A stretch of 64,000 nucleotides of DNA from Lama glama (taxonomy: Eukaryota): the NCBI GenBank assembly GCA_028534125.1, contig CM052816.1:84384001-84448000 (forward strand), read 5' to 3'. Made by a program: the position numbers and the translations under genes. The notes below the pieces were generated by a model that was not told where the DNA came from, did not search any database, and was given only the letters and a program-made list of their open reading frames with translations. Of this stretch, positions 24,061-37,756 are shown in pieces (positions within the stretch are counted from its first letter, which is position 1; every line of letters starts with the position of its first letter).

Positions 24061-25046
24061 TTTTTTACTGAAATTCTAGCTTAAACATTTCCATCAATTC
24101 CTTTTAGATACCCTTAGCTGAATATATATTTTATCTCCCTAGATCTTCAAATCAAATTGTACTTTTTAAAAATAATTTCTTTTACCTTCTAGCTGAAGTA
24201 ACTAATTCATTGCTAATGTACATTTATTTTATATAATTAATATTTTTCCATAGATTCAAATAGTATAATCATCAAAGACATTTTCTAGTGAATGAAGAGA
24301 ATCTAGAACATACTAAATAACAGCTATCATATTCATTTAAAACTACAAATTTTACAGTATGTTAGTGGGGAAAGGTCATCAAAAGATGGAAGATGGAAGT
24401 TTTGTAATAATCCAAATTTGACCCAGCAGTGGCCATTGTTCAGGCTCCCTCACCTGACAGTCAGAAAGGAGTTACTGATAAACCTAGAAAGTCAATGCCA
24501 GAGCCTTGAAATCAGGATCTCTGACTTCCAAGATTTAAATTTAGAAAGCAATTGCAACTGGTGTCAAGGCTTGCAGAATGAATCTAAACATGTTTGCCTA
24601 CTAAAAGGGAACCAAATAACAATAGGAGATGGTACAAAGCCACAATGATTGTGAGAAGATTAAAGAAAAATAACCAGAGAACAGAGAACAGAAAGATTAG
24701 GCAAAAGAAAGCCCTCTGGATCACTGGTCTTCAACTGATTTTTGTTTTCTTTTGAAATAATAAGTGATTTTATATATTCAGTGCATTTTCAAGTGGATCT
24801 TTCAAATTTTTATCATTGATGTAAATAGTAGCAAAGGATGTATTTTCCACCATAATTTAAATTGTTTGAATTTTACATCACTTCTAAATGTATTGAATTT
24901 AGTCTAATAATTTCAAGTCTGGAATCATCCATTGAAAAAATAAATAAACAAGCTTTTCTTAAACAGTCATATATTTTGCATTTCTTCCTGAACTTCGACT
25001 TGTTTTCCAAAGATTTCCTACAACAAATATTTTACACATATGCTTA

Positions 25047-25070
25047 TATATATATATATATATACACACA
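25047..25070. repeat. (TA)n(CA)n microsatellite
   Basis: Directly visible. Confidence 0.85.
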
Positions 25071-26151
25071 AACAAAATATATTGTGTATATTTAAATTAT
25101 TTATAATTTACATACAACTTCAAAAAGTTTTCCTGTGCCAATTAGGCTTTATGTTATAAAACATTTATTCTGGCTTGAGACAGCATTTCAGTTATTAGTA
25201 GTTCACCATTGACCATAATAACATTATATATTAAAATTGTAAAAATGTTTAATCATAAAAGTAAATTTTATTAAAATTGCAGTTAATTAAGTTGTATGAC
25301 AAGGTTATAAAGCTTATATAAGGAAGTCCTTAGATATTATACTTATAATCTCCTTGCTTAATGGTACTGAGATTTTTACATTATAGAGCAATACACCTTA
25401 TTGGGATGGCAGATGTGTTTGTTCTTGTGAAAATGAGAGAAGCGTAATTGTGAAGGAAGAGGTTGGAATAGGAAATGCAGTTGTCAAGGTCACGCTAGGA
25501 AAAAAGTACATACAGAGGTAAAGAATCTAGAAAAATATTCCTTTGAAACAACTTGTGCATGACTTTTTGGAAAGCTTTCCTGTGATGCCAAAGGTACTTG
25601 TGTCACAGGATGAAAACCGCTGTTTTACATGATCTGTGGGATTTTCCTCAATTCATTTGTGTAGGTTAGTCAATTCACATCAGAGAAACGCATGGTTACA
25701 GAATGGAAACTTCAAGAACAGAAATGCTAATGTATGGATCAGAATGTTGTAGGCAGGTAAATAAATGTTTATGCTCCCCATCCTCACCCAAGAGGCCTCT
25801 GGGTTCCATTGGTAAGAAATCCCTCCACACTCCACTCCTTCCTGGATTCAGCTGTAGGCATACTAAAGAACCTGCCCTCTGTAGATACCCTTTAATTATG
25901 TAAATTCATTTCTAAGAATCTGCTGGAGAATGTTGGAAATCATAATTAACTAAGACACTCCAGTAACACTTAACAAAAAACTACCTTTGGTCGCTAAGGT
26001 TAGGTTTTTCTAGCAACTTAGTATGTTTTTAAATTAGAGAAGAAACTGTTTAAATACTTCATGGTTAATTATATGCCACAAATATAACTTGCATCTTGAC
26101 TAACTCTTTCAGTATACTTAGCTCATAAAAGACAATAAATAGGTTTGATCC

Positions 26152-26181
26152 ATTTATTTGTTTATTTATTTATTTATTTTA
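26152..26181. repeat. (TTTA)n microsatellite
   Basis: Directly visible. Confidence 0.85.
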
Positions 26182-27190
26182 TATTCAAGGTTCCTGGATT
26201 GTGTAATTGACTGGAGAGCTTATACTAATGTTGTACACATCTCTGAAAACAGAAGAAGTGAATACAAAATTGGGCTTATATAAATGCTGAATGTGCTTTG
26301 AATTAAGAAACCTTGGCCTGCTCAACAGCTTACTAAAAACATAGGAACGCTATATTCCAAAATCAAACTTCTTATCTATGTAAGTATTATTCATGGGAAT
26401 TGTTATGGTTCCAAAGTGTTCCTCCTTATGCTTTGTAGGTCATCCATTTTGAAAACATGTTTTTCATACTCAGAGAGCCAGCCCTCATTTTGTAATACTG
26501 AATGAAAATTCCCTAGAAAATCAATTTTACTTACTCACAGTACCAATGCCAGAAACTCAAACAAACAAGGCTCTTCAGTTGGTTGTCTTGTAGCTTAATT
26601 AACTCAAGGAGATTTCACAAAGTGAGTACAGTTGCTTTTGTATGTAGCACACAGAAAGTAAAATTGAATAGAAATTCTACTTTTTTTTCCCTAAGAATAT
26701 ATTCTTTAGACTGTTCTAGCATTGACTTACCTACAATATTTCAATCCTTTGAAATTATATTCTACATTATTGTTCTTTAAAAAGAGAGCATAAAGCACTT
26801 AGGATTTAACTCAATGTAATTTACTCAAATTTTAAGAAAAATCACACTATTTGGAAAAATATTATTTTCCCTCATGTGGACAAAACCCATTTGGTAATTT
26901 CAAAATCAAAATATTTATCTCAATTTTAAACACTATTACTTTATTTACAATTATTTTTAGGAAATTTTCCTTCATTAGATATTTTTATAAAAGTTTTATT
27001 AAAAATACTGAGTGAGTCAGAGAAATAAGAAGATACATTTAAAGTAGCAAAAATATTAAAATTTCATCATTACCTTAAATATTTAATTTAGGAAAAAATA
27101 TAGTAAAACAACTAAATGAATAGGCTTTACCTTATCTGCAGAGATACACTTCATTTCTCTAAATATGACCTATTTCTTGAAAAACAAAGG

Positions 27191-27845
27191 GTTTTTTTTA
27201 AATTGAGGTATAGTTGGTTTACAATTTTGTGTTATTTATTTCTGGTATACAGCATAGTGATTCAGTTATACAAATATATAAATATCTATTTCTTTTCATG
27301 TTCTTCTGCATTATAGGCTATTACAAGGTATTGAATATAGATCCCCGTTCTATACAGCAGGACATTGTTGTGTATCTATTTTATATATAGTAGTTAGTAT
27401 CTGCAAATCCTGAACTCCTAATTTAGCCCTCTACCCTCTCCCTTTCCTCCTGGTAACTATAAGTTTGTTTTCTATGTCTGTGAGCCTGTTGCTCTTTTGT
27501 AAATAATTTCATTTATGTCATTTTTTTAGATTCCATGTATATATAAGTGATATCATATGGTTCGTTTCTTTCTCTTTCTAGCTTACTTCATTAGTATGAC
27601 AATCTCCAAGTCCATCTATATTGTGACAAATGGTATTACTTCACTTTTTATGGCTGAATAATATTCCATCATATATATATTTATATTTTATATATACATA
27701 TGTCATAGTTATATATATACCACAACTTCTTTATCCAGTCATTTGTTGATGGACATTTAGGTTGCTTCCATATTTTGGCTATTATAAACAGTGCTGCTAT
27801 GGAAATTGCGGTGCATGTATCTTTTCCAGTTAGTTTCCTCTGGAT
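27191..27845 (-). mobile_element. 5'-truncated cetartiodactyl-type L1 (3' UTR plus ORF2 end)
   Basis: ttttttaaattgaggtatagttggtttacaa..catagtgattcagttatac..ttattataggctattacaag-like segment..ttagattcca..gatggacatttaggttgcttcca. Confidence 0.9.
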
Positions 27846-28751
27846 TGAATAACATAGGTTTAATGGGTTTAGTAATAAACCCTATCTCTGGCTTTTTTAT
27901 TTTGTTTTCTCAATCTCTTCACTTTATTCATGGTTTTACTTTCTTTTATTCTGAACCAGCCTCTATAAGTTCTGTAAATCAAGTAAGGAAAATGGCATTT
28001 AAAAAGAGAAAAAAAGAAACAAAAATGAAGTAATGGATGGAACACTTTACTGGACTGTTTGGAGAAGGCCCACCAAATGTTGGTAGAGGAGTAGATCTTA
28101 CTGTATTTGTGACAGGAGGGAAGAAGTAGGTAATATTTTGTTAGTGGGTCTAAGGTAGAAGTAGTTCTAGCATAATTTAAGTGTTGTGACATTTGAGCCA
28201 GAAACAGTAGGGATAAATATGCAGAATCAAACTTCATGGCATTTAAATATTAATAAGAGCCAAAGTCCTACAAGAAAAGAAGCATAAGGAAATAATTCAG
28301 AGTAGAATTAGGAACAGAGAACTACCCACGTATATATGGGCCAAACCTTGAAGTCGCATATAGGCACCAATTCTGTTCTTTTTCCACTTACAAGAATTCA
28401 TCAACACGGTCACTCCTACATCAAAAGATGTTGGAAAATCTAATCTGGTCATGTAATAGATACAAAAGGAAACCGACTGGTAAACTACTACATGATTTCT
28501 AGGAAAGAGGGGTGTTTGAAATGAGAGAACCAACAAGAGTCGTCTAGGAAAGTCAGAGACTGAATGGATCAGAAAAATATATTATGACTGTGGGGAAATT
28601 TTAAGCCCTTTTGAGTCTTGTTATCCTAAATTTGAAATAGATCCACTAATCATAGTTCTATGTTTTTTGTTTATTTGCTCATTTGCTTTCCCCTTCATTT
28701 TCATCAGCATAGTCAGCTGTGTATCTATGCATGGAGAAGTTAGTGGGCTGA

Positions 28752-29207
28752 TGTGTTGGGTTCACATGGCTGTCATAATAAATTACTCCAAGTTGGGTGG
28801 TTAAAATAACAGAAATGTATTCTATCCCATTTCTGGGAGGTATAAGTCCAAAGTAAAGCTATCAGCGGGTTGTTTCATTCCTGTGGACTCAAGGGGATAA
28901 TATAATGCTTTCCGTGCCTTTCTCTTGACATCTGGTGGTTGGAGCTCAATCCTTGCAGTCCCTTGGCTTGTGGCAGGGCAACTCCCATCTTTACCTCTGT
29001 CATTACGTGGGGTCTGTGAGTGTTTCTGTTTTCTTATAAAGGCATCTTTCACACTGGATTAGGGTTTTCTCTAATCCAGTATGACTCCACCTTAATTTAA
29101 CTAATTTTATCTTCAAAGACTCTATTTACAAATAAGATCACATTCAGAGGTACTGGTTGTTTCAGTCCTGAGCATATCTTTTTGATAACACAATTTAACT
29201 CAGTACA
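28752..29207 (-). mobile_element. MaLR LTR (MLT1C-like), near full length
   Basis: ggctgtcataataaattac..aacagaaatgtattct..ggattaggg..ctaatccagtatgac..tcacattcagaggtactgg..acacaatttaactcagtaca. Confidence 0.85.
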
Positions 29208-30275
29208 ATTGGTTTGCACCATGGTTGTGTTTTGCAAACTGAACACAAGACTTGAGAGAGGGACATGGGAACTGTTGGATGCACACTAAGAAATGATTGT
29301 AATGATTGACCCTGGGATTTACAGAATTCTAGTAAAACAAAGAGAGGAGATACTTTGAAGGGTGAGAGATTGTTAAACTAGTTGTTAGGCAGTGAATTTA
29401 AAATCCTGGTCAAAGAGTTCTTGGATTTGGGGTACTTAATGAAATGTTCTGCAAAATAGTTTATGGTGGTATCTTATTGAGACTAATGGAATTGAGAATG
29501 AGAAGGGGACTTCCCACTTGTGATGCCTTCCAAAAGAGCTAGGAATCTGCAATCACCTTCAGTTTCTTGCTTAGAAGGACATTTGACCTCTCTGAGGGTC
29601 CTATTCTGGCTCTCTGTCCTGGTGGCTGCCATCTCCTCAATGGAAACACTGATGTATCTTTTGTCTCCAGAAGCTCCATGGAGACCAATTTCAAAATAGT
29701 GAGTCTGTCATTTAGCTTTGGTTTTCTCAGTTGTAAGTCCTACTGGTGATTTATGTATCCCCACTCAAAGAATACATTTCAAGTGTGAAAAGAAATTGCC
29801 ATGGAAATCCAATTCACTAAGATTGAGAAGAAAGAGATTTTACTCCTGAACATTTGCTCCAGGGTTGGGGAAGCTTTCAACTCAGCATTGCAATAGATTT
29901 TTTTTTCTATAAACTCTCTTAATTTTTTTCCTCCCCAAAGTCAGATCCCTTTCCATATTCATGCCCTGGAAGAGGGATGAAAAGACGAATGAACTGAATT
30001 TTCAATATTCATTTAAAAATTTTTCCAAGAAATAAGAGTATCACACTCACTTTAGTATCTGATACCTGTCATAGTGGTTCCTACTTAATGAAAGTAGAAT
30101 CTCCATTTAATATCCTGCTATACTAGGTTTTTGAATTTGTTGTTTTAATAAATAAGATAGTAATTGCAAAATTCAACTAGCTACAAATCACATCTCAGGG
30201 AAAGAACCTAGCTTCATAAACCATCTTTATGAGACCTGCCGCAATTCCACACATGCCAAAAGTAAACAAGATTTA

Positions 30276-30360
30276 AGGGACCAGTTTATTATCAGTTTTG
30301 TTACAGTGTAAGGAAAGTGAGGTGTCTAGGACACAAAATTTAAGGAGGCACGCACTTTCA
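30276..30360 (+). mobile_element. MER91-like hAT MITE fragment
   Basis: aagtgaggtgtctaggacacaaaatttaaggaggcac resembles the MER91 core. Confidence 0.4.
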
Positions 30361-30384
30361 CTTTAAACTTACATTTTTCTGTTA

Positions 30385-31150
30385 TATTTTCTCATTTAAA
30401 AATAAGTACCATCACCTCCCAGACAGCAAAATTAAAAGTTTTGGCCAAGACACATCTCTTTTACTCCCCCATCCACTGAATAATGAAGTTTAAATATTCA
30501 GGTTTCCTGATCTCATTCATAAATGCACCCCTCTCTCAATCCACAGTATTTCAGCATGATTATTTCTTGTCTAGACTATATTAAATCATCTTTTAATTTA
30601 TCTTCCTCTACCCAAATTGTTCTTCTAAAATTAACTATCCTTACTCCTACCTACTGGCCTGATCTTTCTAAAATTCAAAACTAGTTCTTCTGTACCTGTG
30701 TTTAATTAGGTCCTTGTTGCTCAGTCAAGAAAAGAAGGTCACATCATAATCTACCTCTGTTTACCTCTACCACCTTGTGCCTCTCAACCTATCTGGGCAG
30801 TTTTCACATGCACCATACTCTTTTGTTCATCAGTGTATTTGTTTTCGTAAGAGACCCTTGTCCAACATTCAGCTCTTCTTGGAAGGGACCCAATAATGTC
30901 TTAGAACCCAAGTCAAGCATCATTTACTCTATGATGATTCCCCTTACCTTTCTCAAGCACAACTAAAACTCTTTCATTTATTCTGTATCCTCTACAGATG
31001 TCTCCCATAGCAGGCTTTATCACATTTATTCTAAAACTCAAAGCTTCTTGAGAGTCAGCATATACATGCTCTTACTCTTTAGTCACAGTTCTGATAGAAG
31101 AATTCAACCTATAGCATGTTTTCAGTACATGTATGTTGAAAGAATAAATG
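30385..31150 (+). mobile_element. L2 LINE 3' region, degraded
   Basis: tcttgtctagactat, tgatctttctaaaattcaaa, cccaagtcaagcatc, and the terminal tgttgaaagaataaatg. Confidence 0.6.
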
Positions 31151-34029
31151 TATACAATATAATAAGAGCAAACACAAGTAAATCCTTCCACATACAAAAA
31201 TTTTAAGTCATTCTTCACTCTCCCAGAATTTCCTAGACCATAAGAATCTGATGCAAGCTCTGACATTCCAAAGTTACGAGTAGATGAGCATGCTGTATTA
31301 ATACAAATTCTTCCTTCCCAAAAGGTGGCTAGGTATTCTCAACCCTCTCTTCAATTCTCCAGGGTCCCTTTAGCACCCTAAGATGAATCTCTGCCTTTAG
31401 GACCAGGAGGTCTCCTTACTCTGAGATGCCATGGAAGCACACATCTGAAATCATTCTGCTCATGACTCAGCTAAGTTGTAGGCTAACAGTTTTCCTAAAG
31501 AGAGATGTAACCCTGCCCCTGAGATAGATAAAGACCTATCAGAATTGTTTTATTTTTTCCTTCCTTCTCCTCTGTGTTTACATAAATGCTATAGACAGCA
31601 TCAGTTAAACTAAAATCATAACTTTAAATTACATATAATTTCATAATTTCAGCTTAGAGTGAAAATTAAAGAGAATGTTGGCTTTTTATATGCAGGGGCC
31701 TCCCCAGTTCCAACTCAGTCACTCAACAATTCAGTGGCATGTGCTTAAAACAATTAAAACTGAGGATATGTGACTAAAATTTACTATTAAACAACTTACG
31801 GTCAAATTAACCTGAAACATTTAATTATACAGATGTAACAGTTTCTCCATTTCAAGGTAATCAGGAATAAATGGTAAGCTGTTCTCAGAAATGACAATGG
31901 TGCTATTTTAAATCAACAAAAATGACATTTTTCTCAGTATAGTATTGCTCTTTTATCTATAATTAACATCTATAACAGATATTCCTTGGAGAAATACAGC
32001 ATTTAGTTAGCATCCAAATGATTAAACATCAACACACATTACACAGATGTAGATAAACAGCCACACATATTGAAAGATAATACCCAGAGTCTGACTACCT
32101 AAAGTTGAATTTCCCTGGTTCTGGCAGGCTTAGAATGTCAACAGGGAAGCAGACAAAACAGCCTAAGAAACGCACATGTTTTTTAAAAGAAACGTACGTT
32201 ATGTTTGGCAAAGGTATGCGTTTCAGGTTGACAAAAGCCTGCTGGGAGTAGTTCGTAGTAAAATGAAAGTCTGAACCCGGTAGAAGCCAACTTCACAAGA
32301 AGGTATTTTTAGGTGAAAGAAATGTGGGCTTGTTTCACATAGAAGAACACGAGGGAGCTGTGAAAGAATAGCAAAGAAGGACTGGGGAAGTAGAGTAGAA
32401 TAATGAGATCAAGAAGACAGAGGAAGAACAAGCTAAAAGTTGCAGACAAATCTGAAAAAGGGATGAAGATGTAAAAGATTCAAAGAAAAAACTTGCTCTA
32501 AGCAGCAAGTAACTAATATGAATTATTACACACACACAAACATACATATGCATTAAATGACAAGCATCTCCCCTATTTACAGAGAAGGGTATTTTAATAA
32601 GCAAGTGTAAGGTTTCTATCAGTAGGGGTAGAAATGCAGACATGACACACTTCCATTGGCATTAAGATGCAACAGAAGGGGGTTACACCTCCTCCTTCAC
32701 TGGCCACTTTGCATGGAGACCTGCGAGATGGAGGCTGAATGACGCCCTGGCTGAATCAGTAGCGCTTCCACAATGCACGTCACGCAAAATATCATGAAGT
32801 GAGAAGCAGATTCTACTAAGAGACTTTTTTCCCGTTAAAATTTGGTGTTATTTTTACAGCATCATCTACTTCTCAAGAGAATTTAAATCATTTTTAAAAA
32901 TAAAAATGTCAAATAGCTTTTTATGCTTTTTGGTTTTCTTCCTTTCCTAGATTCAAATTTATACTACAAAATAATATTCTATTCCTGTTACACAGGTTTA
33001 AAAGGACTTTCACAGAAAGAGCAGACATAGATTAAAATACAGAGAAGATTTATTTAAAATATTTCATATATACGCCTAATGGTTACACTTAAAAATAGAA
33101 AAAAAATCACTGCCTTTCTTTCATATAAAAGAGGCACTGGAAAATATCACAGAGAAGTGATTTCCAAAGATAAATATGACATTTTTTATAGTATATGTAT
33201 AGATTTTACCTTTGGAAATATTTATATTCATAATGTTATGATAATGTTAGATAAAGTTCTTATTTTAAGAAAGAATAAAAGAATAGATGTAAAAAGTCTT
33301 TTATGTCTGAATCAAGAAGTTTGGATTAAAGATATAAGATAAAGATGCTTCTAAATCATGTGAGTTCTTTAGTTGAAACCATTTTCTCCTGTCCTTTTAG
33401 ACATAAGAAATTGTATCAAAATAAATTGTGAATAAAAACTTGCCAAAAATTCCCTAAGTGGCTGAAACACCATCTAGTTTAATACAGACTGAAATTGTAA
33501 TTTAAATAAACAACAAAACTTATTTTTAAATTTGATATGTCAGCTTAAAATACAAAGATGATTGGTATTGCATTTTTACAAAGAAGAATGGCACAGTATT
33601 TTTTTTAAATAAACCCTGGTACATATAAAGTTAGCAAAATTATTAAAAATCATATGAGATAGTGTTTGATTAATCTCTTACTTAAAATTATTTAAGTAGA
33701 AAATTATACTCACTCACCAATTAAGATACAGGTGTCATTTTGAATAATTTTAATACTAAATTATTAAGCACTATTGTGTAAAATGGATTTTAACCACATA
33801 GTATAATTAAGTGGAACAATATGACAAACTCATTTCAGGCACAAATAGGAAGTATTTAATGGAGGGGTGTTATTATTTATTCAAAATACATTATGTCAAC
33901 TGTCAAAGAAAATAAACTTGCTGGGTAATTTCTTATCCTTCCACTTCAGTCTTCCTCTGCCCTCAAAGCAGTAAAAAACTTCCCTAAACTTGTCAAGTTA
34001 CCACCAATCTTTGAAAAACCAAAGTAATG

Positions 34030-35395
34030 AAACTTGGAAAAGGCTATTTACTGAATGATCCTAGAACAATCTGTATTCCATATAAAAACATATTTTAACA
34101 CTAGTTCATCTCACACACAGAAACCAATTCTAAGTACACTCAGAACTTAAGAAGGTAGAATTATAAAACATGATAGGTTATACATTTATATACCTGAGAA
34201 AAGAAAATCCTGAAAAAGGGCAAGGAAAGTAAACCCTAAAAGATACAAAAACAGAAAGAAAACCCTGAAAGACACAGAAGGCATAAGCCTTAAAATAAAA
34301 GATTGGCATATTTCACTAACAATTCACTGTATTAGAATTCACATACATAAAGAGAAAGGATAGACTACCAACTGGGAGAAAACATATTTTACACTGGTTA
34401 TATATTTTTGATCCCAAAGTATATAAAGAATTCCTACTAAATTATATCAATGATAACCAATCAAACAGAAAAAAATTAACAAAATTCATAGGCAGTCATT
34501 TTTGTGAAGAGGAAATCTGAATAGCCAACTAATTTCTTGTAATATACTAAGAATATCAGCAATGTGGAACATGGAAATTAAAAACCAATAAATAGCATGA
34601 TCCAGTAAAGTAAAATGTTTAAGTTCTGATAACTTCAGAGATTAAAGCAATACATTGTGGAAGAGAAAACATCAAAGACTGAAGCAATGGGAATCTCGTA
34701 TACTGCTGGCGAATGTGTAAATTTTATAAACCTACTGGAAAATAATTTATCTTTTTGTATTGTTAAAAATGATAAAAAATATTTTGTAAAACTGGAATTT
34801 GCATGAGAAGCAATCTGGTAATTCCACTGCTAAACATCAACCCCAGAGAAACCTCTGCCCAAATGAATCTGAAGACAGTTTAACAAATTCACAAAAGCAA
34901 TGATTATTATAGCAAAAAATTGGAATCAACATAAATGTTCAACAAGAGAATGGAAACTAATTTTTGACCTTTTCATTATATATATATATAATATATACAT
35001 ATATTATATATAATATATACATACATTATACATATATATTATAATATATACATATATTATATATACATATATTATAATACATACATATAATATATATATC
35101 TAATTCCACTTAAATAATATTCAAAGGCATATAAAGCTCAGGAGTATATTGCCTAAAACTACATATTTATATGGCATATTTTAGAAAGCAATTGAATAAT
35201 TAACAGAAAATTTAGCAAAAATGTTAGCTCATGGATAAGAGAGAGTGAGATGGTATCAGACATAGAGATGGTTTCAAATCTTCAAATTTTTACCTGTGCA
35301 TGGATTCACCTGTGTTCATTTTATTACAATTTATCCAACATTAACTATAAATATCCTTTTGTATGTATTCAATATTTAAACAAAAATAGAACCCT
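34030..35395 (+). mobile_element. Ancient L1 (L1ME-like) ORF2 end and 3' UTR
   Basis: gtatataaagaattcctac, tactgctggcgaatgtgtaaatt, ccccagagaaacct, tagcaaaaaattggaatcaacataaatgttcaac. Confidence 0.7.
34976..35099. repeat. TA-rich minisatellite-like expansion inside L1
   Basis: Repeated tatacatatattataa-type units. Confidence 0.9.
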
Positions 35396-35989
35396 CAAAT
35401 CAAAAGATTTTAAATTAAAAAGGGCATTATGGGACATAATACATAGATATGATCATCACATCTATCTATCTACCTATCATCTATGTGTTAACGCACCAAA
35501 TTTGGGCAACTACCGTTACTTCAACTGAACTCCATTCAACAAAATTATTACAAGGTAGATAAACTTAATATGAGAGTAAATCACCTGAGTGAAACTCATT
35601 CATATAAATTTAGGATTTTCTACTCTTTCTGATGTCTCACATTTAAAAATTAAAATCCATTATTTAACTTTTAGAAAAGCAAACATCTGAGGTAGAGTCA
35701 AAATAAAAATCTGTGTCACTTAATCCACATATTGGATTCTTTAAGAGATCATTTCCTGAGAGAAAGATTTTACTTATGTTATACAGTTATTCTATAAATA
35801 TTTACAGAATTATTGGTCTGCATAGGCATCCATCTGTAACAATAAGCAGCCTCCCATCTATTCTTAAGCTGTTAGACTGTAGGACTCACTAGCAATAAAC
35901 AGTTACATTAAAGTATGGTTTGGTCACTAAAGAAGGGAAATTCAATTTTCTTTCAGTGTAAAAAAGGTACTTGGGAATTCAATTAATTC

Positions 35990-37330
35990 TATCTAGTAGA
36001 AATAATTTCTAAACTGATTTCTGAATAGAAGCAGTATTTAAGTAGCTAATAAGTCAAGGGAAGACCATTTTAAGAGTGCATATAATATTTGAAAGCCTGG
36101 ACATGAGGAAGAGTGTGTACACTGGGAATACTATAAGTAATTCTGTGTGTGTGTAGAATGAAGGTAAAGGGAGCAGTTGTAAGAGACAACACTAAAGAGG
36201 TAAGGATCAATTAACAGGATTTAGAAAGCCAGATTTCATCCTGAAAGTAGTATGGATTCTTTGTAGTTCTTTAAATAATAGAGATTCATGATCAAATTTG
36301 GCCTATAAATCAACTTGTACATGTAGAGTGGAGGGACAGTATGCTGAATATAGGAGCAGTAGGTAAGAAATTCTTACTGTAATCCAAGCAATCTTATGGT
36401 AAACAAGGCCAATGGAAGTAGTATGGGCGAAAAAATTGAAAGATTTGTGAGAAATACTGAATTTAGAGAACTTGAAAATTAAGTGGTTGTCAGGGTGGTA
36501 AGCAAGAGAAAGTGCTCCAAAAGGCCATCTCTCCATCTTGAGTAGAGTAAGTAATCTGGTCACATTCATATATATGGAGATGGGACCCTGGAGGAAGAGC
36601 AGGGCTATTTCACAAAATTAGAAGTTTTACAGGTAGAACATACAAATAGATACATTAGAGAGAAATTAACAATAGAAGCCTGGATTTCAAGGTAGAGATT
36701 TGATCAGAAAAAAAAATAATAGAAAATTATCATATAAATGATACATAGTAAGAGTGGCAATAAGGAGTAAATAGAGTAAGAGAAGAAATAACCTTTAGGA
36801 ATACAGACATGATGAGGTAGGTAGAGGGAAAAAGAGTATATAAAAAAGATTAAGGAAAGACTACGTGACAAGGAATTAGGCTATAAATGAGGAGTCATAG
36901 ATGCAATAAAAAAAGTATTTAGAAGGGAGATGGGAAATAATGTCAAATGTTTTTAAGGAGTCAACTAAGGTAGGGATTTTGGAATTCCATGACATTGAAG
37001 ATGGTCTTGGAGAGAGAAATTTCAGTGACGTGAATGGTTATGAAGACTGAAATCCAATAACTGTAAACTGAGAAGTGTTCAAAAGTGATTCAGCAGATTT
37101 AGATCTCCCTCCCCCCAAATTTAGACTGTAAAGGGGAGAACAATTATTTTGCATCAAGAGGGGATTTTAGAGTTGTAGAAATTTCTTCTATGAGATTGAG
37201 CAGGGTTTGAGCACAACTCTGAAAGATCCATGAGAGAGCAAGAGTTTGAAGAGAGGAATGGTGATGTACAGGAGACCTCTGTGAGTCTTTACAGGATGGA
37301 CTCCGTAATGTAGACGAAAGCCTGGTCTCT
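35990..37330 (-). mobile_element. L2 LINE, degraded
   Basis: Purine-rich antisense L2 pattern (tactgtaatccaagca, aatgtcaaatg..gagtcaactaag, tcttggagagagaaatttcagtg). Confidence 0.65.
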
Positions 37331-37347
37331 CCTGGTATGTTTCTGTC

Positions 37348-37393
<46 letters not shown>

Positions 37394-37411
37394 CAGACAT
37401 GTATGTATGTA
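37348..37411. repeat. (GATA)11 followed by GACA and TGTA units, compound microsatellite
   Basis: Directly visible. Confidence 0.97.
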
Positions 37412-37756
37412 TTCAGATAAGGAAGTGGTAACTGACAAGTTAACTGACTTGCTTATGGTAGAAGCAGCTTGAAATTCAGCATATGAATTATGTGCTTTCA
37501 TCAATCACAAGAGAACATCTACAATGAGTGGTTATTATAAGGCTCGCCACATCAGAAAGGAAGGAGGATGGGTGATCTACAATGGCCACAAAGTCTGTGC
37601 CTCAGAAAGATCTGGACTACATATACTTTTACCTCGGATACCAAGATAAATCTCAGACACACAAATAGGAAAGAAGATTCCAATACCATTTTAATTTGCC
37701 AAAAATGTAGGAATATAAAGAAGTTCTTTATATCTATATTTGTTTATCTTTCTGTG

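Noticed and set aside
32343..32510. Purine-rich, exon-looking stretch after ttgtttcacatag
   Set aside because: Stops in all three frames and a weak donor; probably compositional or an old repeat.
37188..37504. ORFs with YLSI repeats
   Set aside because: Translation of (GATA)n.
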